Origin: Candidatus Peribacter sp.
GTDB lineage: Bacteria > Patescibacteriota > Gracilibacteria > Peribacterales > Peribacteraceae
Reading direction: 5' to 3'
NCBI GenBank assembly: GCA_018652955.1
Contig: JABIBA010000013.1
Location: 55,880-119,879 of the forward strand
DNA: 64,000 bases
Below the pieces are notes generated by a model. It had not been told where the DNA came from, made no database searches, and saw only the letters and a program-made list of their open reading frames with translations. The translations under genes and the position numbers were made by a program. Below are positions 40,265-50,562 of this stretch, piece by piece. The first letter of the stretch is position 1, and each line of letters opens with the position of its first letter.

Positions 40265-41565
40265 GCTGTGAGCTCCGTAATAAGTGATACGATGCGTTCT
40301 GTACTCTTTCCATCGAGTAGTGCCCACTCAGACCCTCGTTGCTTTTGCTCACTCACACAGGAGCTGTAATAGGTGTCGTCGTGCAATAGGAGCTCGAAGT
40401 GCGGGAGGAGTTTCTTTTTATCTTTTACTATTTCCGTTCCGGGTGCGCCGTCGTAGACGGGATAATCAAATCCATAGAAATCGATGACTACACTTGGTTT
40501 TGCCATGGCGACAGCTTGAGCTATTACGCTTGAGTAACTGGAAATCACGATGTCGGCTTTTGGCAGCAGTGCATAGATTCTTTCATCAGAAATCTGCAGC
40601 CCTGCCTCATCTGCGAGTGGCTGGTACCATGAACGATCGCTACGTGGATGCAGGTTTAGAATTACCTTTGCTTTAGTGGCTGCGAGAGTCTTAAACAGGA
40701 ACTGCATCTCTTCTTTGTGTTTGTCCCATGGAAGCAAGTCGTGCTCTCCGAAGTTTGGCACAGAACAGAGAATAACTTTCTCAGTGTGTGTATTTTCAGT
40801 AGTGAGCTGTGCAGCAATGTCATCCAGTGAAGGTTTTCCTGTCACTATCATTTTGTCCGCAGACATTCCTTGTTCCAGTAGTTGATTGCGTAGTGCTTCA
40901 CTTTCTACGGCCATCTTGGTTGCCGCACCACCACCAATGATCCACGGCGCCTTCGGCATGATGCCGAGAAGCTTTGCTGCAAGTGCTGTGTACGGAGGCT
41001 GGAAAAAGAGCGGAGTATTTTTGTAGACGAATATCCACGAAGGAAAGATGAATCGTAATAAGTATCGCAGTGGGTTTGAGACTGCATACTGTCCACCACG
41101 CTTGCCAGAGCGCAGCCTTGGTTCTGCAGCAGCTTCACGAAAACTCATTGCAAATGGGACGATCAAACTAGGAATATTATTCTTATTTGCCTGTGCAATG
41201 ACTGCGGTTTCTATCCCGATACTGCGATCTCCAGAAACAACTATAAGACTAATATCTTTGTGTTTCTCCAAGAGTTTTTTGGCACGTCGGCACTCAGATC
41301 GCATCTGCAAGAATCCTTTTGCAAGAGAGGGGAGAAATCGATGAAGTGTGCTCTTGGGAGTGGCTGAGTTTCGACTTTCGACTTTCGGGGTTTGATTTAT
41401 CTCCAGAGGAGATCCATCTGAAGCAATAGCGGGAATATCTCCGATCAGTGTTTGCAGTGGTGCTACCTTTTTATCGAGGCAGAATACTGCATTTGGAATT
41501 GATGTAGCAATTGGAAGCATTTCCAAAAGATTCCCCTTAGATAGCGGAAGAAAGAGGACAACCAT
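40261..41565 (-). CDS. GT-B fold protein, possible CMP-ulosonate (sialyl-like) transferase
   Basis: IVTGKPSLD, LNLHPR, DIVISSYSSV and DGKSTERIV motifs; last enzyme-like gene of the neuA-neuB-gmhA run. Confidence 0.6.
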   Translation of the reverse strand: MVVLFLPLSKGNLLEMLPIATSIPNAVFCLDKKVAPLQTLIGDIPAIASDGSPLEINQTPKVESRNSATPKSTLHRFLPSLAKGFLQMRSECRRAKKLLEKHKDISLIVVSGDRSIGIETAVIAQANKNNIPSLIVPFAMSFREAAAEPRLRSGKRGGQYAVSNPLRYLLRFIFPSWIFVYKNTPLFFQPPYTALAAKLLGIMPKAPWIIGGGAATKMAVESEALRNQLLEQGMSADKMIVTGKPSLDDIAAQLTTENTHTEKVILCSVPNFGEHDLLPWDKHKEEMQFLFKTLAATKAKVILNLHPRSDRSWYQPLADEAGLQISDERIYALLPKADIVISSYSSVIAQAVAMAKPSVVIDFYGFDYPVYDGAPGTEIVKDKKKLLPHFELLLHDDTYYSSCVSEQKQRGSEWALLDGKSTERIVSLITELTA

Positions 41566-41568
41566 GCC

Positions 41569-42153
41569 TTAGGCAGGGAAGAGATGATCTTCGACGAGTT
41601 CACAGATGAGGTGTTCTATGACGATATGACTCTCTTGTGTGCATTGGGTGTCTTCTCCTGGCACTGCAACGGTGTGTGTAGAGTCACAGGAAAGCCCTGC
41701 ACTTCCTGTTAATCCAATGGTTACGAGACCACGTTTTGCAGCTTCTTCACAAGCGAGTACTACATTTTTTGATGATCCACTGGTAGTAATCCCGAGGAGC
41801 ACATCACCTTCTTTTCCGAGTGCTTCTACCTGACGCGCAAATATTCCTTCGAAGTTGATGTCGTTTGCAAAGGCCGTAAGAAACGATGTATCTGTTGTAA
41901 GAGCTATTGCAGGCAGTGCATCCCTTGGTCGGTCTTTACGAAGTCTGCTAGTAAACTCTGCAGCCATATGTTGTGAATCTGCAGCGCTCCCACCGTTTCC
42001 GCAAATCAATAACTTGTTACCATTTTTAAAGGCAGTGCTGATGAGATCTGCTGCCTCTAGAATACTTGGAATACACTCAGTAGCTACAGCTTCCAAGGTT
42101 TTCGTACTACGTTCCAGATGACTCTGGATGGTGGCGGTGCGTGGATCTGTCAT
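41569..42153 (-). CDS. gmhA: Sedoheptulose-7-phosphate isomerase (SIS family)
   Basis: LICGNGGSAADSQH-AAE, FARQVEALG--GDVL-GITTSGSS-NV and QESH motifs. Confidence 0.9.
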   Translation of the reverse strand: MTDPRTATIQSHLERSTKTLEAVATECIPSILEAADLISTAFKNGNKLLICGNGGSAADSQHMAAEFTSRLRKDRPRDALPAIALTTDTSFLTAFANDINFEGIFARQVEALGKEGDVLLGITTSGSSKNVVLACEEAAKRGLVTIGLTGSAGLSCDSTHTVAVPGEDTQCTQESHIVIEHLICELVEDHLFPA

Positions 42154-42155
42154 GA

Positions 42156-43010
42156 TTATTTTCTGCGAAGCTTTTCTATGATTGGCAGCTCACTATCGTA
42201 GACATGTTTTACTCCATCTCCTCTTGCTTCTTCCCAAGCGCGAATATCACGAACAAGTCGTGCAAATCCTTGTGGCTCGATGGATGCTGGTTGGTCACTT
42301 CCCCACATAGCTCTATCTAAAGTGATGTGACGTTCCACAACTGAAGAGCCAAGTACTGCAGCAGCAAAGCTTGTAGAGAGCCCTACTTCGTGTCCTGAGT
42401 ATCCAACAGGTACTCCGTATTTCTGTGCAAGTACTGGAATCATTGAAAGGTTGAGTTCTTCTAGTTGAGCAGGGTACGTACTTGTTGCGTGAAGAATAAT
42501 AAGGTCTTCTTTACCCAGTACCTCTACTGCGTGGTCGATCTGTTCCTGTGTACTCATTCCTGTAGAGATGATCATTGGTTTATTTTTTGAGCGGTGGTGT
42601 TTTAGAAGCTCATCATCGGTAAGAGATGCAGAGGCAATCTTGTAACATGGTGGGTCGAATGCATCGATGAAATCGACAGCTCCTTCGTCCCAACATGAGG
42701 CAAGCCACATGATACCTTTTTCTTTGCAGTAACTATCAATCTCTCCATATTCTGCTTCGCCAAACTCTAAGCCACGTTTTAGATCTCCGTTAGTATCACC
42801 AAAAGGATTCTCTCGTGGTCGTGCAAGCTCTTCTTCTGTGTAGACTACTTCTACTGTGCGTTTTTGGAATTTTACAGCGTTGCATCCAGCTTCTGCTGAT
42901 GCATCAATAAGCTGCTTTGCAATTTTCATATCACCATTGTGGTTGATACCAATTTCTGCGATAACCAAGCATGCTTCGTTTGGGCCTATGGTGTGATTTC
43001 CAATTTTCAT
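42156..43010 (-). CDS. neuB: NeuB-family ulosonate(-phosphate) synthase lacking the C-terminal antifreeze-like domain
   Basis: IAEIGINHNGD, AVKFQKR, KIASA, IISTGMS, VGYSGHE and ERHITLDR; ends at 284 aa. Confidence 0.88.
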   Translation of the reverse strand: MKIGNHTIGPNEACLVIAEIGINHNGDMKIAKQLIDASAEAGCNAVKFQKRTVEVVYTEEELARPRENPFGDTNGDLKRGLEFGEAEYGEIDSYCKEKGIMWLASCWDEGAVDFIDAFDPPCYKIASASLTDDELLKHHRSKNKPMIISTGMSTQEQIDHAVEVLGKEDLIILHATSTYPAQLEELNLSMIPVLAQKYGVPVGYSGHEVGLSTSFAAAVLGSSVVERHITLDRAMWGSDQPASIEPQGFARLVRDIRAWEEARGDGVKHVYDSELPIIEKLRRK

Positions 43011-43032
43011 GCAGGAGTAGTGTGCCTATGTA

Positions 43033-43866
43033 TTATCGGACAGTCCACCCACCATCTACAGAAATTCCTTGGCCTGTTATATAGCTTCCAGCATCAGAAG
43101 AAAGCAGTAAAAGGGCTCCAATTAGCTCTCTGGGCACTCCTGTGCGACCGAGACAGGTTTTGTCGTTCAAGACTTTTAGGAAGGGGGCATTTGGATCAAC
43201 GGCATTTGCTCCAGTTCCTTCAGTATTTGCGAAGGGTCCTGGGTGGATGGCATTTACACGAATGCCATGCTCTCCCCAGAAGGATGCCGCATATCTGGTG
43301 AGCTGCATAAGAGCTGCTTTTGCAGAGCCATATCCTGCAGGGTTCATCTTATCAGTTCCTCTATAGAGTGCAGGGTCTGGAGCAACAATCGAGTACATCG
43401 TGCATGTATTTATTATACTTCCGTTACCCTTCTCTTTCATTCCAGGGAACACTGCTTGCATTGCAAGGACAGGTCCTGTCATTCCCCCAGAAAGATTATT
43501 GTTAAAGTGTTCAAGTGGTGCAGTTTCGAGTGCCGCACCCGGTTGGTTAAACCCACAACCTGGTCCCATCTCGTGTGCGTTATTGACGAGCACATCGACA
43601 GTACCTGTTTTTGCTACTGCTTCACCGAGAGTGTTTTTAAGAACGTCTGTGTCGTACATGTCGACGGTGTATCCATCGACTTGTGCCTCTCCAAATTCAT
43701 TTGCGAGTTCTGTTTTTAAAGCCTCCAGTTTTTCTGATCTTCCAAATAGAATAACCTTCGCATCATTTTCTACAAGTGAACGTGCCATTTCGGAGCCTAG
43801 AAAACCAGATGCTCCTGTGAGGAGAACAGTTTTACCTTGAAGAGAAAAGAGATCTGAAGCTTTCAT
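43033..43866 (-). CDS. Short-chain dehydrogenase/reductase
   Basis: TGASGFLG, LVNNA, YGSAK and YITGQ-ISVDGG. Start ATG 43866. Confidence 0.9.
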   Translation of the reverse strand: MKASDLFSLQGKTVLLTGASGFLGSEMARSLVENDAKVILFGRSEKLEALKTELANEFGEAQVDGYTVDMYDTDVLKNTLGEAVAKTGTVDVLVNNAHEMGPGCGFNQPGAALETAPLEHFNNNLSGGMTGPVLAMQAVFPGMKEKGNGSIINTCTMYSIVAPDPALYRGTDKMNPAGYGSAKAALMQLTRYAASFWGEHGIRVNAIHPGPFANTEGTGANAVDPNAPFLKVLNDKTCLGRTGVPRELIGALLLLSSDAGSYITGQGISVDGGWTVR

Positions 43867-43882
43867 AAGAGTACGGGGAAGA

Positions 43883-44683
43883 TTACCAGCAAGTACGGCC
43901 ACCATCGACAACAAGATTTTGTCCGGTCATATACGATGAAGCATCACTGCAAAGAAATAGCACTGCACCTTGGTACTCTGTCTCTTGTGCCATGCGACCA
44001 AGTGGAATGCGTGAAGAAATATCTTTAACAAATTCTGGAGGCTGACTTGTGTATACGCCACCAGGAGAAAGTGCGTTTACGCGAACGTGTGGGCAGTAAT
44101 AGGTGGAGAAGTATTTTGTAAGACCGACAAGCCCTGCTTTTGCCACACTGTATGTTACAGGTTTTACAGCTTGCTCATCTTCGGGCACACCTTCTTTTCT
44201 ATAGAGTCTTTGGTCGGGGGCTGACACAGAAAGCTCTGACGCAATATTTAAGATCACACCAGACTTTTGTTTCATCATCTGTTCACCAAATGCTTGAACA
44301 CAGAGGAACGCACCGAGAAGACCAACATTCAAATCATCTACCCACTGCTCGAGAGGGAAGTTGCTTACGCGAGAGAAGTTTACCTTTGCGCCTGCTTCTA
44401 CTTTCGGGTTATTTGCTGCGTTATTGACGAGGATATCTACCTTCCCATATTTTCCCATTACGGTTTCAAATGCTTGTTGTACAGAGTCTTGGTCTGCGAT
44501 GTTGGTTTCTATAAATAGCGCATCAAGTTCATCAGCGATCTTCTGACCACTTTCTGCGTTATGTTCCAGAATAACAGGGATACCACCAGCTGCTTTAATG
44601 GCCTCGCAGTGCCGTCTTCCCAAAAGTCCTCCACCGCCTGTTACGACAGCGACGCGTCCTGTGAGGTCAAATAGCGTATTCAT
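43883..44683 (-). CDS. Short-chain dehydrogenase/reductase (PtmA-like)
   Basis: TGGGGLLG, LVNNAA, PVTYSVAK, VRVNALSPGG and YMTGQNLVVDGG motifs. Confidence 0.9.
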   Translation of the reverse strand: MNTLFDLTGRVAVVTGGGGLLGRRHCEAIKAAGGIPVILEHNAESGQKIADELDALFIETNIADQDSVQQAFETVMGKYGKVDILVNNAANNPKVEAGAKVNFSRVSNFPLEQWVDDLNVGLLGAFLCVQAFGEQMMKQKSGVILNIASELSVSAPDQRLYRKEGVPEDEQAVKPVTYSVAKAGLVGLTKYFSTYYCPHVRVNALSPGGVYTSQPPEFVKDISSRIPLGRMAQETEYQGAVLFLCSDASSYMTGQNLVVDGGRTCW

Positions 44684-44696
44684 CGGGCGAATTGTA

Positions 44697-45524
44697 TCAC
44701 GCTACGCCAAATGTCTGCGTTGAAAAAGTGTGATATTTGCGTATTTGCTCTACTTCTTTCCCTTCTTCTCCACGAGCCCCCTGGAGCGTAAACAGTCCGT
44801 CAAACTGCAGTCGGTCGAGTTCTTCTTTTACCGCTGCGAAGTCTGTATCACCTGTACCGAGTTCTACGGTGGAGCTGTTGAGTATGCGGTCTTTGATGTG
44901 CACACTACCAAGATGTTCCCCGTAGGCGGCAAGTTCTTCTTTGGGGTTATACCCCATCCCTGCACTGTTACCGGTGTCGTACGTTACTTTTACGCTTGGG
45001 TGATTGATTTGCTTCAGGAAGTACACAAAATTTTCTGGATCAAGTGACGTCTCTAGGTGGAGTTCCATATCTAACTTCTCCAGTACTGGAAGAATCGATT
45101 GTAGAGCAAGAGCTGCTTGGTCGATTTCTTCTTTGGTATTGAGGGCAGAGTTATCGAGAAATGGAATTCCAAGATGCGCAGCGCCTACTTTTTTTGCTTG
45201 ATGAAATAGAAGGTCTAAAAGCTGTAGTCGCTCTTCACGTTCTTGCTCTGTGCAACGAACAAGCGGCTCTTCCATAAACGAGTCTGCACAAATAGATGGA
45301 ATAGCAACACCGTACTTCTTCATCAGCGCTAACATCTCCTCTACTCCTTCATCTGTTCTAAGTGGAGTGATATCTGCTCCGTATGTATCATCAATCCATT
45401 CTATATTTGGAACACCTGCTTGCGCAGCACACGCAAATTCCTCTCGCCACGAATTTCTTGGGAACGATTGGAACCGTCCATCTTCTTGAGGGCTTAGTCG
45501 ATTATGCATTACTGCAAGTTTCAT
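44697..45524 (-). CDS. Sugar-phosphate isomerase/epimerase (TIM barrel, ketose 3-epimerase-like)
   Basis: LHLET, YDTGN, VHIKDR and LGTGDTDF motifs (xylose-isomerase-like/AP_endonuc_2 family). Confidence 0.85.
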   Translation of the reverse strand: MKLAVMHNRLSPQEDGRFQSFPRNSWREEFACAAQAGVPNIEWIDDTYGADITPLRTDEGVEEMLALMKKYGVAIPSICADSFMEEPLVRCTEQEREERLQLLDLLFHQAKKVGAAHLGIPFLDNSALNTKEEIDQAALALQSILPVLEKLDMELHLETSLDPENFVYFLKQINHPSVKVTYDTGNSAGMGYNPKEELAAYGEHLGSVHIKDRILNSSTVELGTGDTDFAAVKEELDRLQFDGLFTLQGARGEEGKEVEQIRKYHTFSTQTFGVA

Positions 45525-46687
45525 TATTTCTTGGCGGCTAATAACTTGTCACTGAATTCGCGAACAGCACCTTGGCCGCCTGGTGTGGATAGCACTATGC
45601 GAGCAGCGCCAAGTACAGATGGGTCTGCATCTGCAACAACAACAGGGAAACCCACCATGTGCAGACACTCTAAATCGTTCATGTCATTACCGAGGTAGGC
45701 AACTTTGGAAGCATCGATATTTTCTTTCTGGAGATACTCCGTAAGATACTTTGCTTTGTTGCCGATGCCTTGATGACATGGAAGCTGTAACTTTTCGCAT
45801 CGCAGCTTTACGATCGGATGTTTCTCTGTAGAGAGAACAATCATTGGAATGTTTGCATCGCGGAGATGATCTATTCCTAATCCGTCACTGCGGTTGCAAC
45901 GGACAAACTCATCACCATTTTCTGTGACTTCTACTTTGTTGTCGGTCATTACTCCATCAAAATCAAATACGACGAGTTCGATGTCGCTTGGCCAGTCGGC
46001 TTTGTCTTGTCGTACAATCCATCGTACGAGGTCTACTTGCTGTGCAGTATCTACTTGGAACGAGTGAAACTCGTCCATTAAATATACACTGGTCTTTCCG
46101 CCAAGGCGGTTGCCTTTTTCCCTAAGGAGAGAGGTTTTAGTGACATAGAGTGATCCGTTTTCTCTGTACTGTTCTTCCATATCTTGCTCACGTTTTCGAG
46201 TTTCGTAATCGTAATTTAACGATTTCAAACCATCTGATGCTTTGTTCCAAATAAGTGCGTAGTTTCTGCAGGCAGAAAAGATAGAATCTACATCTTCATC
46301 AATCAGTTGTTGAATAGCATTGTCGATATCATCTTCTTTGCGCACGGGTGATGTGCATTGTAAAAAGACGACGAGGTCTGGGTCTTCTTTTCCTTGTTTC
46401 TTTCGTTCATCAAGTACATGCAGCAAAGCAGATTCACTTGTTGCTGTAGCTGATGCAAGTTCCTCTGTTCGCGTAATAACTTCTGCACCGTACTTTTTTG
46501 CTTCGCGTGTAATCTCTGCATCTTCTGTAGAGACAATCACTTCATCAACAAGCTTTGCGCTGCGCGCGTGCAATATGCTGTGTGCCAAAATTGGAATACC
46601 GGCGAGTGGTAGTAAGTTTTTCCCAGGGATACGTTCGGACCCTCCGCGGGCAGGGATGATTACGATGACGGAAATGTCGGTGCTCAT
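45524..46687 (-). CDS. neuA: CMP-ulosonate synthetase fused to a KdsC-type HAD phosphatase
   Basis: IPARGGSERIPGKN, LQCTSP and ENGSLY, then FDFDGVMTD, DGLGI, YLGNDMND and GG-GAVRE. Confidence 0.9.
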   Translation of the reverse strand: MSTDISVIVIIPARGGSERIPGKNLLPLAGIPILAHSILHARSAKLVDEVIVSTEDAEITREAKKYGAEVITRTEELASATATSESALLHVLDERKKQGKEDPDLVVFLQCTSPVRKEDDIDNAIQQLIDEDVDSIFSACRNYALIWNKASDGLKSLNYDYETRKREQDMEEQYRENGSLYVTKTSLLREKGNRLGGKTSVYLMDEFHSFQVDTAQQVDLVRWIVRQDKADWPSDIELVVFDFDGVMTDNKVEVTENGDEFVRCNRSDGLGIDHLRDANIPMIVLSTEKHPIVKLRCEKLQLPCHQGIGNKAKYLTEYLQKENIDASKVAYLGNDMNDLECLHMVGFPVVVADADPSVLGAARIVLSTPGGQGAVREFSDKLLAAKK

Positions 46688-47520
46688 AGTAGATCTTCAT
46701 TGTAGTACACATACACATCAGTCTGCTCTTCTTTAAAGGTAAAGCCTGCATCCTCAATTGTTTTTATAGCTTTCTTAATATCCTCTGCATCAGAAATCAT
46801 GTGATGCACCTCGACAATAAGCACTGAGACGTGGCGTTTCAGTATATCAATTTCTTTTTCGATGAGGTCGAGCTCTGCTCCTTCGATATCAATCACCAGT
46901 GATACCTTGTTCCATCCTCTCTCTTCAATCAGTTTACCAATTGTTATTGCAGGCACAGTGACTGCAGTTCCTGTTGCACGTTGTGCGCTTCCACCGACAG
47001 AAAGTTTGTGCAGGTAAAACGTCACTTCTGGACCGTTCTGGTCGAGTGCTGCGTGCATCACTTCGTAGTTTGCATTATTTAGCTTGCGATTGGTTTCCAG
47101 TATTCCAAGAAGATCTGGGTTCGCCTCTATAACTATGTGGTCTTCTGGCTTGGTCAGTTTTCTGTTTATAACATTCGAGATCACTCCGATAGATCCTCCT
47201 CCTTCTATAACAGGTAGGTCTGCAGGAACATGTTCTTCTACAAGGCGTCGTTCTTTGTCTTCGTATGTTCCCCAGAAAAATCGACTCTTTACAGTGCGAG
47301 AAATTGCAGGAGCATCAAAAGAGTAGGTGAGCCCATCAAGCTTCCACTTGTTTCCGAGAAGTTCGATACATCTCCCTACTAGCTGATTTCGAAACCATGA
47401 TTTTCCACGACTGAGGCGGTAGGGCACTTCTTTAGCCAAACGTACCAAAAAGCCCCAAACGCCTTCGCGCTTGAAATACTTCCAGCAATTGCCTGATGCG
47501 GTACGAATGTTCGTTAGCAT
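46684..47520 (-). CDS. FkbM family methyltransferase
   Basis: IEGGGSIG, IEANP and IDIEGAE motifs. Confidence 0.85.
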   Translation of the reverse strand: MLTNIRTASGNCWKYFKREGVWGFLVRLAKEVPYRLSRGKSWFRNQLVGRCIELLGNKWKLDGLTYSFDAPAISRTVKSRFFWGTYEDKERRLVEEHVPADLPVIEGGGSIGVISNVINRKLTKPEDHIVIEANPDLLGILETNRKLNNANYEVMHAALDQNGPEVTFYLHKLSVGGSAQRATGTAVTVPAITIGKLIEERGWNKVSLVIDIEGAELDLIEKEIDILKRHVSVLIVEVHHMISDAEDIKKAIKTIEDAGFTFKEEQTDVYVYYNEDLL

Positions 47521-47591
47521 AGTATCGGCACTCTACTTGAAAATTCTGTAGAAGTTAACGGAATAGACGAGGTTTGTGTTATTGTTTCTCT

Positions 47592-48680
47592 ATGCAATAC
47601 CCCTTGCTGTCTCGGCTGTTTCTTTCACGCTACCGCACCCCTGGTACGCCGAGTATTGGTATGTCGTCTTCTCAGCTAAAGGGTATAGAGGAGTACAACA
47701 AAAAGTGCGAGAGTGGTGAGTATAGTTTCGAGCGTGTGCCTTGTTTGTGTGGATCTTCTAAGTCCTATTGTGTTGGGCTTGCATGTCGGTATGGGCTTTC
47801 CACAGAGTCACACCTGTGTCTAAAGTGTGGAATGCTTCGTACGGATCCTCGTCCAACAGAAGAAAGCCTGAACAAGTTTTACAAAGAACTCTACGGAACG
47901 ATCTATGAGTTTGCTGCAGATCAAGAAGTGTTTGATTCGGAGCTTCGAGTAGAACAAAGATATCAAGAGCAAAAGAAGAGAGGAGAGTGGCTGTATCAAG
48001 AAATCAAATCAAAGCTCCCAACCGACAGAGCTCCAAAAGTATTTGATATTGGATGTAACTCGGGTGCTGCATTGCTGGCCTTTAAAGAGGCAGGCTGTGA
48101 ATGTTTTGGTTGTGACCTTGGTGTGAGTAGCTTCGAACGTGGACGCAAAGAAGGGCTCACGCTAGTAGAAGGAGACGAGACAGCACTCAAACAGTTTGGC
48201 ACTGCAGACTTTGTGTTCTTAAGTCATGTCATGGAACACCTGCCGCACCCTGGGGCAACGTTTAATAATATTCGTGGACTACTAGGTGATGGAGGACATC
48301 TTTATGTTGAGGTGCCAGGAATGTTGCGGTTTCATACGCGGGCACAAGGCATGATGCAGTATTTGCAGAATGCACACCTCTATCATTTCTCACTCGGGAC
48401 ACTGACAGACCTCGCAAGACAGTCAGGATTTGTACGCTACAAAGGATCACAACTCGTCTCAGGATTCTTTACGAAAGACTCAAAAAACACACTGCCAGTC
48501 TGTCGTCATTATTTGCGCCCGTATTTGTATCTTCTCTATATCTTCTTTGTAGAGATCCTCTATAAAACAAGGTTATTACCCGCTTTTATGGCTGCATACT
48601 TCTTTGCGCGCAGAGGAGTGCGTCACATGATTTGGGATATATGGGGATTTATTGTGCGCAAAAAGAAAAATCAAGGGTAA
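47592..48680 (+). CDS. Class I SAM methyltransferase with N-terminal Cys cluster
   Basis: CLCG...C--CG, VFDIGCNSG, LSHVMEHL, YVEVP and HLYHFS motifs. Start uncertain. Confidence 0.85.
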   Translation: MQYPLLSRLFLSRYRTPGTPSIGMSSSQLKGIEEYNKKCESGEYSFERVPCLCGSSKSYCVGLACRYGLSTESHLCLKCGMLRTDPRPTEESLNKFYKELYGTIYEFAADQEVFDSELRVEQRYQEQKKRGEWLYQEIKSKLPTDRAPKVFDIGCNSGAALLAFKEAGCECFGCDLGVSSFERGRKEGLTLVEGDETALKQFGTADFVFLSHVMEHLPHPGATFNNIRGLLGDGGHLYVEVPGMLRFHTRAQGMMQYLQNAHLYHFSLGTLTDLARQSGFVRYKGSQLVSGFFTKDSKNTLPVCRHYLRPYLYLLYIFFVEILYKTRLLPAFMAAYFFARRGVRHMIWDIWGFIVRKKKNQG

Positions 48681-48689
48681 GATTTTGCT

Positions 48690-49814
48690 ATGCGTATTTG
48701 CATTCTCCAGCACGTGTTTGATCCATACAAAGGTGCGAATCATCTTCCACTCTTTGCTGCTATGCAGGAGTGTCAGTTTACGATTGTCTGTAATGCATCA
48801 AAAATTTCTGATGCAGAGCTTCCAGCAAATGTAACAGTGGTGACGGTGCCGGGCCGCATTGGACCATACTACTACGGTATCCGCGATTATCTTTTTGCTA
48901 CATTGCTATTAAAACGTTATCCAATTGGAGATCAGTTTTGGAATCAGTTTGATGCTATTCATTGCAATCAAATCATGGGGCCGGCGCTAAGGAAACTTCG
49001 TCAGCTCAAAGCCCCTCTTCTTCTCACCATTCATCATCCTGTGACTGCGGATCGTGAAGTTGCTGTACAGGAATCAGGCGTACTCAGTGCACTACATTGG
49101 AAGCTCAAGTATTTCTTGCTCGTACGGTGGCAGCGTGCAATGTGTCACAATTGCAATACTCTTATCACAGTGTCTTCCACTGTACGTGATCGTTTAGTTT
49201 CTGATTACGGATGCGATGCATCATCTATAACGATTGTCCCCAATGGTGTTGATGGCGAAGAGTTTTGTATTGGCTCAGATCAAAATCAGTATGACGTAGT
49301 TGCGATGGGGTCGTTTGTTCATCCGCGTAAAGGATTCCCGTATCTCCTAAAAACGTATCAAGCGTTATCAGATGCAGGGAAACACATTGCCGATATTGGG
49401 AGAAGGACGGATGCACAACGCAGCGCATTAGAAAAAATTTCTGGTGTCACAACGTTTGGCACTATCCCTGGCGATGAGTTGATTCATGTCTTGCAACGAT
49501 CTGCAGTACTTATTTCTGTATCCCTCTACGAAGGATTTGGACTCTCTCTTATCGAAGCACTTTCCTGTGGAAAGCCTACATTCGCATTTGGTGGAGGAGC
49601 GGTACAGGAGGTATTAGACCCTATCGATCCTACATTTACCGTTTCGTTACGTGATACAGATATTCTCATCGAAAGAGTGCAGGCGTTTTTGGCATTTTCT
49701 GAAGAAGAGAGAAAGCAAAAAGGAGAACAGTATCGACAAAAAGTAATAGAGCTCTACGCACTTAAGAAGAGTGCTACAGCATTACAATCAGTATACGAGA
49801 AAGCTACTTCTTAA
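48690..49814 (+). CDS. Glycosyltransferase family 4
   Basis: ITVS, VPNGVD, RKG and SLYEGFGLSLIEALSCG motifs. Confidence 0.92.
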   Translation: MRICILQHVFDPYKGANHLPLFAAMQECQFTIVCNASKISDAELPANVTVVTVPGRIGPYYYGIRDYLFATLLLKRYPIGDQFWNQFDAIHCNQIMGPALRKLRQLKAPLLLTIHHPVTADREVAVQESGVLSALHWKLKYFLLVRWQRAMCHNCNTLITVSSTVRDRLVSDYGCDASSITIVPNGVDGEEFCIGSDQNQYDVVAMGSFVHPRKGFPYLLKTYQALSDAGKHIADIGRRTDAQRSALEKISGVTTFGTIPGDELIHVLQRSAVLISVSLYEGFGLSLIEALSCGKPTFAFGGGAVQEVLDPIDPTFTVSLRDTDILIERVQAFLAFSEEERKQKGEQYRQKVIELYALKKSATALQSVYEKATS

Positions 49815-50550
49815 TAGAGAAGTGCACCATGAGCTGCCATTGCTTCGGTGGATTTTTTGGTAGATCATGAGAGAAGTAGATGTGATCTACATGGTCTCCA
49901 AAGAGATCTAAAATGGCTTGTACACTTTCAAGTCGATCTTTTCCACATACTTCATATCCGAGGTTTTTCTCTATCTGCTCACCGGAAATCGATGTGTACT
50001 CCACGCCAACAGCGACAATTCCTCCATTGCGTGTTACACGGATAATTTCGTCTGCTGCTTTTTTTCGGTTATCACTATAAGTGATTACCCAACCGAGCAT
50101 CGTTACTTCAAAAGCATTATCTTTATATGGCATAGCGTGCATATCTCCGAGGTCTATCCATGGAGAGTACGTCATCAAGTCTAGTCCTCGTACATTTCTA
50201 AATCCTGCTCCAAGAAGGTTGAGTATTTCTCCTTCGGACCGTGGTCCAATACTAAGCACTGGTGCACTGCGACTTACACGGATAGCAGTGAGAGGTTGTA
50301 CCATCAGATTTGAACGATTTACTCCCATGTAACTAAATGTTTTGAGGCCTTTTAAATTCATGAAGACTGTATTTACACCAACGTCTCCTGTGTCAGGCTC
50401 GAGTGTCTTAAGCCTTCTAAGAATAATTACCAAGCAGAAGTAACGGATAGCAGCAATAAATTGACGGACGATATCTACACGTAGCAGTTGGTAAAAAAAC
50501 TGCTTTGTTTCGTATGCAAAATTCCACAGAAACGAATGGTTTTTTTTCAT
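49804..50550 (-). CDS. Class I SAM methyltransferase-like protein
   Basis: LSIGPR, GLDL, GDMHAMPY-DNAF and EIIRV-RNGG motifs. Confidence 0.75.
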   Translation of the reverse strand: MKKNHSFLWNFAYETKQFFYQLLRVDIVRQFIAAIRYFCLVIILRRLKTLEPDTGDVGVNTVFMNLKGLKTFSYMGVNRSNLMVQPLTAIRVSRSAPVLSIGPRSEGEILNLLGAGFRNVRGLDLMTYSPWIDLGDMHAMPYKDNAFEVTMLGWVITYSDNRKKAADEIIRVTRNGGIVAVGVEYTSISGEQIEKNLGYEVCGKDRLESVQAILDLFGDHVDHIYFSHDLPKNPPKQWQLMVHFSIKK

Positions 50551-50562
50551 GGAGTAGTTTGA

